Position numbers and translations under genes: made by a program
Notes under the pieces: generated by a model
The model's input: the letters and a program-made list of their open reading frames with translations, nothing else
Databases searched by the model: none
What the model was told of the DNA's origin: nothing
In this document: in pieces, positions 32,313-40,557 of the stretch
Position numbering within the stretch: position 1 is the first letter of the stretch
Layout: every line of letters starts with the position of its first letter
Source of the DNA: a virus
Direction: 5' to 3' (one strand)
IMG/VR virus record: IMGVR_UViG_3300045988_150405
Location: 1-40,667 of that record
DNA length: 40,667 bases

Positions 32313-33200
32313 TTACTCAGCTTTAGGTTTTAAGACAGCAAATGCTTCATCTTTTATTGGTAAGTAAGCTAATCTCATAGTAGCTTTTATAGCTATCATA
32401 TCATTTTCTGCTAATGATAATGGCTTACCATCTCCCATAGTTACAGATTGTAGAGTAGCTTCTTTTAATATTTCAAATTCTATACCTTCTCTTATACCTA
32501 CTATAGATTTAGACCAATCCGCAGCTATTAATTCAGCTTGTTCTTTATCAAAAGCACCATTTCTAACAAAAGTTAAAGGATTTTCATATAAAGAATTTTC
32601 TTTCATTCCCATAACTGCTAATTGATTTCCGTTAGCATCTCTTAAGCTTCTTAATTCTTTCTTTAGTCCGTAATGACCAGCAAATCCATTAACATCTAAG
32701 TTCTTCTCTTCTATTTCTCCCATTAAATCAGATATATCTAAATCTAATGATTGAGTATCTCTAGTAATTACATTTCCAGCACTTGTTGCTACACCTAATA
32801 TATTCTTCGCAAATGGAGATCCTTCACCAAATAAGCAAGCCTTATCAAAAGTCGTATAGAAAGCTTCTGCTATCTGTGGTTTTAATTCTTCAAATACGTC
32901 TATTGTTGTATCGTTTAATTTTTCTCTAGTTACTGGTATTATTACTGCTATTTTCTTAGCTTGCATTTCTGGGAATATCCAAGAAGCTTTAGAAGTATTT
33001 ATTCTTTCTCCTTCTCCAACCCAGTATGCACCTGGCTTATCTGCCCAAACTTGAAACTTCATTGTATCAGATTTCATAGGTTTAACATCTGATAATTGTA
33101 AAACTGCTGAACCTCTAGCTATTTCATCCATTATTCCACCAGCAACTTCTACTGGTACAAATCCCTTTAAGTTATCTTTTAAATATTTAGTATCTGCCAT
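32313..33200 (-). CDS. Major capsid protein (HK97 fold)
   Basis: 295 aa, directly after the scaffold gene. The start of the sequence (KGFVPVEVAGGIMDEIARGSAVLQL) is typical of Firmicutes siphovirus capsid proteins. Confidence 0.8.
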   Translation of the reverse strand: MADTKYLKDNLKGFVPVEVAGGIMDEIARGSAVLQLSDVKPMKSDTMKFQVWADKPGAYWVGEGERINTSKASWIFPEMQAKKIAVIIPVTREKLNDTTIDVFEELKPQIAEAFYTTFDKACLFGEGSPFAKNILGVATSAGNVITRDTQSLDLDISDLMGEIEEKNLDVNGFAGHYGLKKELRSLRDANGNQLAVMGMKENSLYENPLTFVRNGAFDKEQAELIAADWSKSIVGIREGIEFEILKEATLQSVTMGDGKPLSLAENDMIAIKATMRLAYLPIKDEAFAVLKPKAE

Positions 33201-33221
33201 ATTAGCACCTTCCTTTTATAA

Positions 33222-33809
33222 TTATTTTCTTAAACTGTTATTTCTTATAGCATCCATAAATGCACTTTGGCTGCTGCCACTATTTTCTGTTTGGTTATTT
33301 CTACCAAAATTACCTAGTCCACCAGTATTTTGTGGAGCAGTATCTAAATCGAATAAATATGAAGCATCTTTTTGTAAAGCCTCTATTTGCTCTTGTAAGC
33401 CTTCAAACTTGCCTTCTTGATACTTTATACTATCCATATCTAATAAAGCCTTTAGCGCCTTATTATTTTTAGATTTAGCATTAGTTAGTGCACCTTCTAG
33501 TGCAAAGTTGAACTGTAGCCTATCCATTTCTTGTTTATGGTTAGTTTCAAGTTCTTTATTTGAAAGTTGCAACTGTTCAACCAGCTTATTTAATGCTTCT
33601 ACATCAGCATTGTTTTTAGTTAATTCTTCTAGTTGTTTTTGATAAGTCTTTGAAGCTTCTTCTAATTGCTTCTTTTGTTCTTGTAGTTTGTTATATCTAA
33701 CATCTACATTTTCAAGATTAGTAGTGTATATTTTAGCTTCACCCATAGCTTTTACTATCTCATTAGCTTTATCTTCTTCTACACCACATTTTTTTAATAC
33801 TTCTAACAT
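33222..33809 (-). CDS. Scaffolding protein (GP20-like)
   Basis: 195 aa, a helical E/K/Q-rich protein between the minor head and capsid genes. N-terminal MLEVLKKCGVEEDKANEIVKAMGE resembles Phage_GP20. Confidence 0.7.
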   Translation of the reverse strand: MLEVLKKCGVEEDKANEIVKAMGEAKIYTTNLENVDVRYNKLQEQKKQLEEASKTYQKQLEELTKNNADVEALNKLVEQLQLSNKELETNHKQEMDRLQFNFALEGALTNAKSKNNKALKALLDMDSIKYQEGKFEGLQEQIEALQKDASYLFDLDTAPQNTGGLGNFGRNNQTENSGSSQSAFMDAIRNNSLRK

Positions 33810-33905
33810 GATTTGTCCTCCATAACTTTTTTTACAAGATTATACTTGATAGAGTTTTTTCTATTTGTTCTTTTACATCTGCAATAAGAAAGTAAAAAGA
33901 TGGTT

Positions 33906-33943
33906 AAAAATAAAAAACTTTTACCAAAATTAATCAGTAAAAG
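33906..33943 (-). terminator. Intrinsic terminator-like hairpin inside the late operon
   Basis: Minus strand CTTTTAC, a 12-nt loop and GTAAAAG, followed by TTTTTTATTTTT. Confidence 0.45.
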
Positions 33944-33970
33944 CACTATATAATATATATTTATTCTTTA

Positions 33971-34090
33971 TTCTTTGATAGTGTTGTTAGATTGTTGTTA
34001 GATTGTTGTTAGCAAATCTCTGCAACCATTGAAAACACTACGTTTTATTTGTTACATTGTTGTTAGATTGTTGTTAGTTGTTGTTAATTA
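33971..34090. repeat. Non-coding second copy of the organizer-gene iteron block
   Basis: Seven units of about 11 bp, TTGTTGTTAnA. 33971-34010 matches 9180-9219 (39/40) and 34043-34065 matches 9253-9275 (23/23). Stops occur in all frames. Confidence 0.85.
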
Positions 34091-34115
34091 ATTTTTTTAT
34101 AATTGTTAATAGTTA

Positions 34116-35051
34116 TTAAGCTATAAATTCACTTCCATACTTACCAAGCCATTTATCAAGTTTTTCATTCTCTTCTCCATCTATCCAACTTCTAAGTTCT
34201 TCACCTATTTCATCAAAACTCATATTAATAACTGGTACAGTAGTACATAAACCATTTGGATGGTCTAATGGTAAATTATTAACAGTATATATTTGCCCAT
34301 TTCTACTGTTGCACAAATCACAAGTTCTATGCGAGTTAGAGGATAACCATTGTATACCTTCAATGTATGGGTTTTTCTTGCAACTTCTCTTTTGTGCCAT
34401 TTGATAAGCATGATTTATAGATGTCCTTGCTAATCTTTGAGCATTATAATCTATTTTTTTATTAGTTTTAGGATATACTTTACACCAATCCCATTCTTTT
34501 TTAGCATTAGGATTGACATATATTTCTAAATCTTTAGCTACTTCATAGATACTTTTCTTATTAGCAATACCTTCTGCTATTATATAATCAATATCTTTAT
34601 CAAAATGTTTAGTATAAGCCCATATTCTTTCACTAAGTCCTGCTCTATCCTTGTATGCTTTACCGAAAACTATTTCATTCATAGCTTTTTTAGGAATTTT
34701 AGCAAACATATCTCTAAAAGTCGGTTCTAACCCTAAATTATATTGATTATTTATTTCCATAAAAAAATCCAGTTGAGTATTAGATCCTAAACTGGAAGCT
34801 TCTAGCATATTTTTCTTGATAACTGTATTTATTTTCTTTTGCGATGCCCTAAATTCGCTTTTAATTTCCTCTCTAAGCTCTTCTAAATATCTTTTTGATA
34901 AAGAGTTAGGGTTAGCTTTAGAAATCTTTTTAGATACCTTTAAATAGATTTCATTGTATATCTTTAAAATTTCTTTCTTTTGTTTTTTAACTAATCTTAT
35001 TTTTTTCCTTTGACTTTCTTTAACTAATTTTAAATAATCTTTACTAGCCAT
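34116..35051 (-). CDS. Minor head protein (SPP1 gp7 / Mu F-like head morphogenesis)
   Basis: C-terminal NHAYQMAQ...SNSHRTCDLCNSRNGQIY...LPLDHPNGLCTTVPV matches the gp7-family conserved core. Confidence 0.8.
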   Translation of the reverse strand: MASKDYLKLVKESQRKKIRLVKKQKKEILKIYNEIYLKVSKKISKANPNSLSKRYLEELREEIKSEFRASQKKINTVIKKNMLEASSLGSNTQLDFFMEINNQYNLGLEPTFRDMFAKIPKKAMNEIVFGKAYKDRAGLSERIWAYTKHFDKDIDYIIAEGIANKKSIYEVAKDLEIYVNPNAKKEWDWCKVYPKTNKKIDYNAQRLARTSINHAYQMAQKRSCKKNPYIEGIQWLSSNSHRTCDLCNSRNGQIYTVNNLPLDHPNGLCTTVPVINMSFDEIGEELRSWIDGEENEKLDKWLGKYGSEFIA

Positions 35052-36463
35052 TATTCTTCATCCTCAAAATTAGTTTCAAATTGAGCATAACTATCTTCTA
35101 ACATTTGTTTTTCTAGTTGTATTTGTTTTAATTCTTCATCAGCTATGTCATCAGTAACATTAGCCCATTTTTTTATAAATGATTTTCTACTCATAGTTTG
35201 AGCATTAACTTTTTGTAAGTCTAATACCATTTCTTCATCTTCATTTTCTTGTAATGGATATTGATTTTCTACAACTACATCAAAGCTTTCTAACTTAGGT
35301 AATGTAGTTATAGCATATACTTCATTCATTTCAAGTATAGCTCTTATCATCCATTCTAAAGCTGGACGCCATGACATCATTTTTTCTTCACATCTAGTAA
35401 TTAATTGCCAATATAAAGCTTTCATACTCTTACCGCTAGTCATCATGCCTTTTAAATCTGAATTATTTATCATAGGTATATTTAACACTTCGTGCATATC
35501 TGCTTTTATTCTGTTTAAGGTATTTTCCATTCTTGTGTCATAGTTAAAGTCAGTATCTATAGTTCCTATTTGTGCTTGTTTACCATCTGATGCTATATCT
35601 GTAGATACATCCCAATATGCTCCTGGTTTTAACTTAAAATGTTTACTTGCTTCTGGATCTACGTCAGTACCATAAATTATTCGGTTCATACCTTTTTTAA
35701 GTGCATCTAAATCTTCTGATGCTAATTTATTGTAAGCTATGCCATTCTCTAATATTCCTTCTACATCAGATTCACCTTTTAAATCACCACTTAGTCCGTC
35801 ATTTAAGATTACATAAGCAGGTATCCCACTTAGCTTTAAGTCTACATTAACCGCTAGTGTTTCAAGTAAATCACCATTACCATTATAGAAACCTTCGTTT
35901 AATATACATTTACCATCTACCATTTCATACTTTTGTTTCCATATAATTTGCTTAGATTTATCTTGTTCTTGGTTCATTTGATGGAAGAATATTATCTTTT
36001 TAAGTTCATCTACTCTGTCCTCAAAAGGCTCATATACAAACTCTAAACTAGGTACAAACATTACTCTTATAGTTTTAGTAATAGTATCAGCATGAAGCTT
36101 TATAGCTATCCTTTTACCTATAAAACAATCTCTAGCACCTTTTACTAACTTATCTTCAAATAAATTATCTTTAAGAAGCTTATTTATATACTTATTTATT
36201 TCTTCTACTTGTTCCTGGTACTTATCATCCTCTACTTGTACAGTAAAAATAGGAGTTTTACCAAATAAGAACCTAGCTTCTTCTTTTATTAACTTTTTAA
36301 TATAATTAGTTTTCTTTTTAGTTGGAGTATAATCTTTTTCATCAACTATCCAATCTTGACCTGTGCCTTCATAAATATCATAAAGTTTTATTATTTCATT
36401 CATTTCCTTTATAACTTCATTACCATACAATCCACCAAGTTCAGTCATTATTATATTTTGCAT
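35051..36463 (-). CDS. Portal protein (SPP1 Gp6-like)
   Basis: The track ORF runs to 36511, overlapping terL by 32 nt. AAGGAGGTG lies 4-6 nt before the ATG at 36463 (MQNIIMTELGG), which supports the shorter form. Size and position are typical. Confidence 0.85.
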   Translation of the reverse strand: MQNIIMTELGGLYGNEVIKEMNEIIKLYDIYEGTGQDWIVDEKDYTPTKKKTNYIKKLIKEEARFLFGKTPIFTVQVEDDKYQEQVEEINKYINKLLKDNLFEDKLVKGARDCFIGKRIAIKLHADTITKTIRVMFVPSLEFVYEPFEDRVDELKKIIFFHQMNQEQDKSKQIIWKQKYEMVDGKCILNEGFYNGNGDLLETLAVNVDLKLSGIPAYVILNDGLSGDLKGESDVEGILENGIAYNKLASEDLDALKKGMNRIIYGTDVDPEASKHFKLKPGAYWDVSTDIASDGKQAQIGTIDTDFNYDTRMENTLNRIKADMHEVLNIPMINNSDLKGMMTSGKSMKALYWQLITRCEEKMMSWRPALEWMIRAILEMNEVYAITTLPKLESFDVVVENQYPLQENEDEEMVLDLQKVNAQTMSRKSFIKKWANVTDDIADEELKQIQLEKQMLEDSYAQFETNFEDEE

Positions 36464-36479
36464 ATCGCACCTCCTTTTT

Positions 36480-37697
36480 TTATCTGCTATTATAAGTTCT
36501 TTCTTTGCCATATTTTAAATCTGAATAAATAGCATATCTTAAACTATCTAAAACATCATCATATTGTTTTACTGGTTCATCTTTACCATCTTTCCAAACA
36601 TAGTTATATATTTCTTCTTTGAATATATTCACATTATCTTCAATTACTTTTAATCGTCTTGTTTTAAATAAAGAAGCTATCTCACCTATACCAGCTAAAA
36701 CGTCTTTTCTAGCATTGATAGCTTTTATTTGATTTTGCCTTAATTTATTGATATAGTCTGGTCTAGCATGGTCGCAATAGAAATTAATATCTCCATATTC
36801 TTTTACTATCTTTTTAGCTTCATTAACCCACCAATCAATATGTTTATGTTTATAAGCTATTTCTTTAATAAAATAATAATTATCATTAATATCTTGAGCA
36901 ACTAAAGCTATTGATCCATAATGTTCCCAACCAAAGTCAATTCCTGCAAAATATTTTTTAATTTGAACATCTTTCATATCAGCTTCTTTTACATAATTTT
37001 CATCTTTATCAAAATCAGTATATACAACACCTTCACTTGCTACCCATACTCCTAAAATATCTCTATCATAAAACATTCCACTAGGAGTAGAAGCTTCAAT
37101 ACTTTCTACATATTCTTTATTTAAAAATGTATTATCATACAAAGTAAAATTAAAAGCTTTTATATTTAATTGACCATTTTTAAGTCTTTGACCGTCTTTA
37201 TCTATATAATCAACCTTTACAGTATGAGTAGGGTTCTCTGGGTTTGTGTCCATGAAAATTCTAGCACCATCATAAGAACATCTTGAAATAGCTTCTTTTA
37301 CAAAAGTATCATGTAATGTAGTAGCTTCATTAAGTAATGCACCTGCACTTGTAAACCCTCTCATAGCTTTGTAACTATCTGCATTAGCACCATGAAAACA
37401 ATAAATTTTATTTCCATACAACTTAAAAGAACTATCTTTACCTAGAGTTATTTCTCTACCTAAAATTAATTCCATATCATTTAAAATATTTCTTCTTATA
37501 GAGGATTGAGTAGTTCCACCAATTATAAAACTAACTCCTTCATTTCTAAACAAAGATACATGAGCCAAAAATATTTTTATCAATATAAAAGTTTTTCCTG
37601 CTCTTTTTGCCCCACTACAAATAAGAATTTTAGGATTATCTATAGCAAAACTTTCTAGTACTTCAATTTGCTTAGGAGTATAATTATCTAATTCCAT
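36480..37697 (-). CDS. terL: Terminase large subunit
   Basis: Walker A CSGAKRAGKT near the N-terminus, 405 aa, located after terS. The C-terminal nuclease-like half has conserved acidic residues. Confidence 0.9.
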   Translation of the reverse strand: MELDNYTPKQIEVLESFAIDNPKILICSGAKRAGKTFILIKIFLAHVSLFRNEGVSFIIGGTTQSSIRRNILNDMELILGREITLGKDSSFKLYGNKIYCFHGANADSYKAMRGFTSAGALLNEATTLHDTFVKEAISRCSYDGARIFMDTNPENPTHTVKVDYIDKDGQRLKNGQLNIKAFNFTLYDNTFLNKEYVESIEASTPSGMFYDRDILGVWVASEGVVYTDFDKDENYVKEADMKDVQIKKYFAGIDFGWEHYGSIALVAQDINDNYYFIKEIAYKHKHIDWWVNEAKKIVKEYGDINFYCDHARPDYINKLRQNQIKAINARKDVLAGIGEIASLFKTRRLKVIEDNVNIFKEEIYNYVWKDGKDEPVKQYDDVLDSLRYAIYSDLKYGKERTYNSR

Positions 37698-38130
37698 TTC
37701 TTTCCCTCAATTCAAGTATTGCATTAGCTATCTTTTCAGCTTCTCTATCTTCTAAACTAACATCTTCTTCTTTATTTTTCTTAGGGTATAAATCAGTAAG
37801 AGTATTTAGTTCTTTTATTGTATTTAGCATTGAATTCGAGTTGGCTTGTTTTAAGCCTCTATATTCTATATCTTCTTGTGATTTATCTAATAACCACATA
37901 AGCTTTTCTTCTGCTTTGCTTCTGTTCCACAATGCTTTTTGCTTATGCTCTTCTAATAATTCCTCATACCTTGCCCTAATATTGCTTTGTGCCATTAGCT
38001 TAGAAGCTTTTTCAATTATTGTCTTATCTTTCATATTTTCACAATTATATGCAAAACGGTAGGCTTCTGCTTGAGTATTCCCTTCAAGAAGCCTTTGTAC
38101 AAATATTTCTTGTTTTGTGGTTAAACTCAA
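37684..38130 (-). CDS. terS: Terminase small subunit
   Basis: LTTKQEIFVQRLLEGNTQAEAYRFAY matches the Terminase_2-type N-terminal HTH (LT.KQ..F...Y...GN...AY..AY). TTG start after AAGGAGGTG. Confidence 0.85.
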   Translation of the reverse strand: MSLTTKQEIFVQRLLEGNTQAEAYRFAYNCENMKDKTIIEKASKLMAQSNIRARYEELLEEHKQKALWNRSKAEEKLMWLLDKSQEDIEYRGLKQANSNSMLNTIKELNTLTDLYPKKNKEEDVSLEDREAEKIANAILELRERNGIR

Positions 38131-38145
38131 AGTTTCACCTCCTTA

Positions 38146-38179
38146 AATAAAATAAAAAGACACCTATTAACTAGATGCC
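38146..38179 (-). terminator. Terminator-like hairpin immediately upstream of the terS RBS
   Basis: Minus strand GGCATCT-AGTTAAT-AGGTGTC (two G.U pairs, minus-sense only) followed by TTTTTATTTTATTT. Confidence 0.4.
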
Positions 38180-38313
38180 TTTTCCCCCTTTGGCACTTCT
38201 TCCATGACTTCAACTAGCCATTGTACCCTCTTAGGCACTTCAATAGTAGCTTTTACAACTTCATCTACATCCTTCCATACCTTAGTTTTAACCTTAGTTT
38301 TTCTCTCCTTCAA
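38167..38313 (-). CDS. Small K/E/V-rich protein (48 aa) in a locally GC-rich leader
   Basis: Not in the track. TTG start 5 nt after AAAGGTGG. Translation: MKERKTKVKTKVWKDVDEVVKATIEVPKRVQWLVEVMEEVPKGEKASS. About 39 percent G+C by hand count, against much lower flanks. Confidence 0.4.
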   Translation of the reverse strand: MKERKTKVKTKVWKDVDEVVKATIEVPKRVQWLVEVMEEVPKGEKASS

Positions 38314-38547
38314 CTCTACCACCTTTGAGTTTTAATGCTAACATACCAATCTTAAAACTGATATGCTAGGATAAAAAATCAAAACAAAAATAAAATTAAA
38401 ATAATATAATTGAAAGGAGATTAAGAATAATTATGAAATTATCATAAAATATCTATGATAATATAATACTACATCTGATTTGTAAATAAAATGCAAATTT
38501 AAGGTAAGAATGTAGTAATTTCAATACTTCCGAGATTTTTGGGTAAT

Positions 38548-38571
38548 AAAAAAGTAGGCTTTTACACCTAC
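38548..38571 (-). terminator. Weak terminator-like hairpin after the late regulator gene
   Basis: Minus strand GTAGG-TGTAAAAG-CCTAC followed by TTTTTTATTACCC. The stem is only 5 bp. Confidence 0.3.
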
Positions 38572-38966
38572 ACCAACTCTACTAAGCTATTCATTATTCT
38601 ATCTTTGTTATTCCATACGCTTTTAGTTTCGTAATAATTCAATTTTACTGCTATCTTGTGCATCCTAATATTTTCTATGTAAAAAGCTTCTATAATATAT
38701 CTATCTTTATTATTCAAACTTTCTAAGAGTGCATCTGTTAGACTTACCTCATACTTAAGTTTATCTAATTCTTTTTCTCTTTTAACTATTGCATCAGATA
38801 GATCGCTTTTATTAGAAGTTTGTATCTTATCTTTTGAATAATCTATTGCCCCAAGTGTATAATCATCATCAGTAACTAGCCCTAACTCTAATATTTTAAT
38901 TCTTGATTTATTTTTTTTATAGTTTCTCAATAACCCCTCAACATACTTATATTTATCTTTAGTCAT
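38568..38966 (-). CDS. ArpU/RinA-like late transcriptional regulator (sigma-70 region-4-like C-terminus)
   Basis: 132 aa, located just upstream of terS. N-terminal VEGLLRNYKKNKSRIKILE and C-terminal DRYIIEAFYIENIRMHKIAVKLNYYETKSVWNNKDRIMNSL fit the ArpU-family layout. Confidence 0.6.
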   Translation of the reverse strand: MTKDKYKYVEGLLRNYKKNKSRIKILELGLVTDDDYTLGAIDYSKDKIQTSNKSDLSDAIVKREKELDKLKYEVSLTDALLESLNNKDRYIIEAFYIENIRMHKIAVKLNYYETKSVWNNKDRIMNSLVELV

Positions 38967-39013
38967 TTAATCCCCCTATAAAAGAAAATTATTGTTTTAT
39001 TTGCATTAATATT

Positions 39014-39367
39014 CTATCTCAATTCTTCAAGTCTGTATTTTTGTTTTATATTTGGATATTTAACTTTATCCACTTCACTCATAAACATATCATACGGTCT
39101 AGCATATATTTTAAAATTATCATATAAAGCCATATATATAACTAATTCATCAGAACAATATTTATTCCAATGCACATACTCCCCATTTGGTGATAAATAT
39201 ATATGTAGCAAATTATTATTTTCAGTATGATTACATACTATATAAGGGTTTCCTATGGCGTGTGAAAAGGTGTCTGCATCTACTGGAATTGACTTGCATA
39301 ATGTAAAATATTCCTTATTCTTAAAATGTTTATATTTAGTATTTATTTTTAATTCTCTCATACTCAT
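39014..39367 (-). CDS. DUF1653-family protein
   Basis: [12 protein letters not shown]...HTENNN...[24 protein letters not shown] matches DUF1653 (Y.HFKG..Y.........HSE....VVY.ALY.....W.RP..MF...V). The likely true start is the third codon (ATG at 39361), 6 nt after AGGAGA. Confidence 0.7.
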   Translation of the reverse strand: MSMRELKINTKYKHFKNKEYFTLCKSIPVDADTFSHAIGNPYIVCNHTENNNLLHIYLSPNGEYVHWNKYCSDELVIYMALYDNFKIYARPYDMFMSEVDKVKYPNIKQKYRLEELR

Positions 39368-39397
39368 TCTCCTATTATCATTCAGTTATCTATCAAT

Positions 39398-39438
39398 GTA
39401 TCGACCGAGAGCGACCATTAATCTGCCTTGGTCGATAC
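39398..39438. other. GC-rich perfect 9-bp inverted repeat GTATCGACC-N23-GGTCGATAC
   Basis: Read directly, with coordinates verified against plus ORF 39255..39476. No adjacent T-run on either strand. Confidence 0.8.
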
Positions 39439-39453
39439 CAAATTATTGTTTTA

Positions 39454-39612
39454 TTACCTTATTAGTTCTTTTCTAGTTTTAATAAAAATAATGTCTTTAT
39501 CTTTTATATTATGCTTACTTACAAAGTGATTCATTTTTGGGTAATCTAAGAAAAATCTATCAATAACAGTTTTACTGTCTAATCTAACTCTAATCCAAAA
39601 TTTATGTTTCAT
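39454..39612 (-). CDS. Small basic protein (52 aa)
   Basis: Not in the track. AAGGGAGA RBS. Translation: MKHKFWIRVRLDSKTVIDRFFLDYPKMNHFVSKHNIKDKDIIFIKTRKELIR. Confidence 0.45.
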   Translation of the reverse strand: MKHKFWIRVRLDSKTVIDRFFLDYPKMNHFVSKHNIKDKDIIFIKTRKELIR

Positions 39613-39616
39613 TAAA

Positions 39617-39700
39617 CTAAATCTCCCTTTTATTATCTGATTGAAGTATCGCTAATCCGCTAGCAAAACTTACAAAGCCATGTATTAAAGTATTTTTCAT
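39617..39700 (-). CDS. Small peptide (27 aa)
   Basis: Not in the track. GAGGGTGAG RBS. Translation: MKNTLIHGFVSFASGLAILQSDNKREI. Confidence 0.3.
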   Translation of the reverse strand: MKNTLIHGFVSFASGLAILQSDNKREI

Positions 39701-39721
39701 ATCATCTCACCCTCTATTCTA

Positions 39722-39759
39722 ACTGACATATTTGAAAATAAAGCAAAATCAACTGACAT
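39722..39759 (-). promoter_or_regulatory. Two ATGTCAGT motifs (minus sense) 30 bp apart, the proximal one abutting TAGAAT
   Basis: ACTGACAT on plus at 39722-39729 and 39752-39759. Confidence 0.5.
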
Positions 39760-39805
39760 AATAAATACACTTCTATCCATTGGAATTACTTAATTATAAA
39801 GCTAT

Positions 39806-40516
39806 TTATTTTTTATTATAAAGAAGCTTTAATTCTTTTACTAAATTATTAGCTTCTTTTTCATTATCGAACGCCCCTTTATTGATTTGCTTTATTCTGC
39901 CATTACCGTCTTTGTACTCAACATATACAATATATCTATCATTTCTTTTTCTGCAAAATATTGTTCTTATATTGTAATTAACATTATCGAAGTTGAATAA
40001 TGAAATATCAGCAACATCGTTCTTTTTATTTGTAGCCATTTTATTTACTATTTCTTTACTATAATCCAACCATTTATCTTTTGAAAAGTCGGATATAATA
40101 AAAGCTTCTTCATTATATAAATGGTCTGAGTTGTATTTAGGCTTGTAAAGATTAATGTAATACATTTCTTTTATATCCATTAAAACTGTAGATGATAAAG
40201 TCATAAATTGTATTTTGTAAATTTCTTCATAGCATTTCATAGGAAGATGACTATTTTTAGATATATGCGAATTTATCTTATATTCAATCCTTTCAGTTTT
40301 GCCTACATATATAACTTCTTTGTCGAAATTTAAAAACCTATATACGCATTTTAAGTTATTAGTTTTCATTTCCATATATTTTTTTCTTGAATATTCAGCA
40401 TTACATTGTTTGCAATAACTCAATATTGAAGGCTTAACCCCTTCTTTTGTCTTTCTATTTCTATATCCAAACTCACTTAATGACTTAATCTTAAAACATC
40501 TAGTGCATTTCTTCAT
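39806..40516 (-). CDS. GIY-YIG endonuclease with an N-terminal Zn finger and a C-terminal integrase-Arm/AP2-type DNA-binding domain (homing-endonuclease-like)
   Basis: CTRCFKIK...YCKQCN; VYRFLNFDKEVIYVGKTERIEYKINSH...MYYINLYKPKYN; C-terminal RYIVYVEYKDGNGRIKQINKGAFDNEKEANNLVKELK resembles the Arm DNA-binding pattern (W...V.Y.D..GK.K...K.GF.TK.EAE). Confidence 0.7.
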   Translation of the reverse strand: MKKCTRCFKIKSLSEFGYRNRKTKEGVKPSILSYCKQCNAEYSRKKYMEMKTNNLKCVYRFLNFDKEVIYVGKTERIEYKINSHISKNSHLPMKCYEEIYKIQFMTLSSTVLMDIKEMYYINLYKPKYNSDHLYNEEAFIISDFSKDKWLDYSKEIVNKMATNKKNDVADISLFNFDNVNYNIRTIFCRKRNDRYIVYVEYKDGNGRIKQINKGAFDNEKEANNLVKELKLLYNKK

Positions 40517-40557
40517 ACAATATCACCTCTAAATATATTATTGCCTAAAAATAAGAG

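Noticed and set aside
36464-36511. Long N-terminal extensions of track ORFs (portal to 36511; 4381..5718; 16150..16683; 12409..12600; 30339..30935)
   Set aside because: In each case an internal ATG has a canonical GGAGG-type RBS at 4-9 nt. The extension overlaps the preceding gene or starts at a GTG/TTG inside the RBS itself.
226-39476. All plus-strand track ORFs lying inside minus-strand genes (e.g. 757..1035, 1562..1813, 4565..4813, 8005..8319, 9201..9392, 12221..12649, 21549..21812, 25503..25829, 27147..27419, 31796..32152, 37841..38062, 39255..39476)
   Set aside because: They are antisense shadows of A-rich coding sequence: Ser/Leu/Phe/Ile-rich, many with TTG/GTG starts, no Shine-Dalgarno, and fully overlapped by well-supported minus-strand genes.
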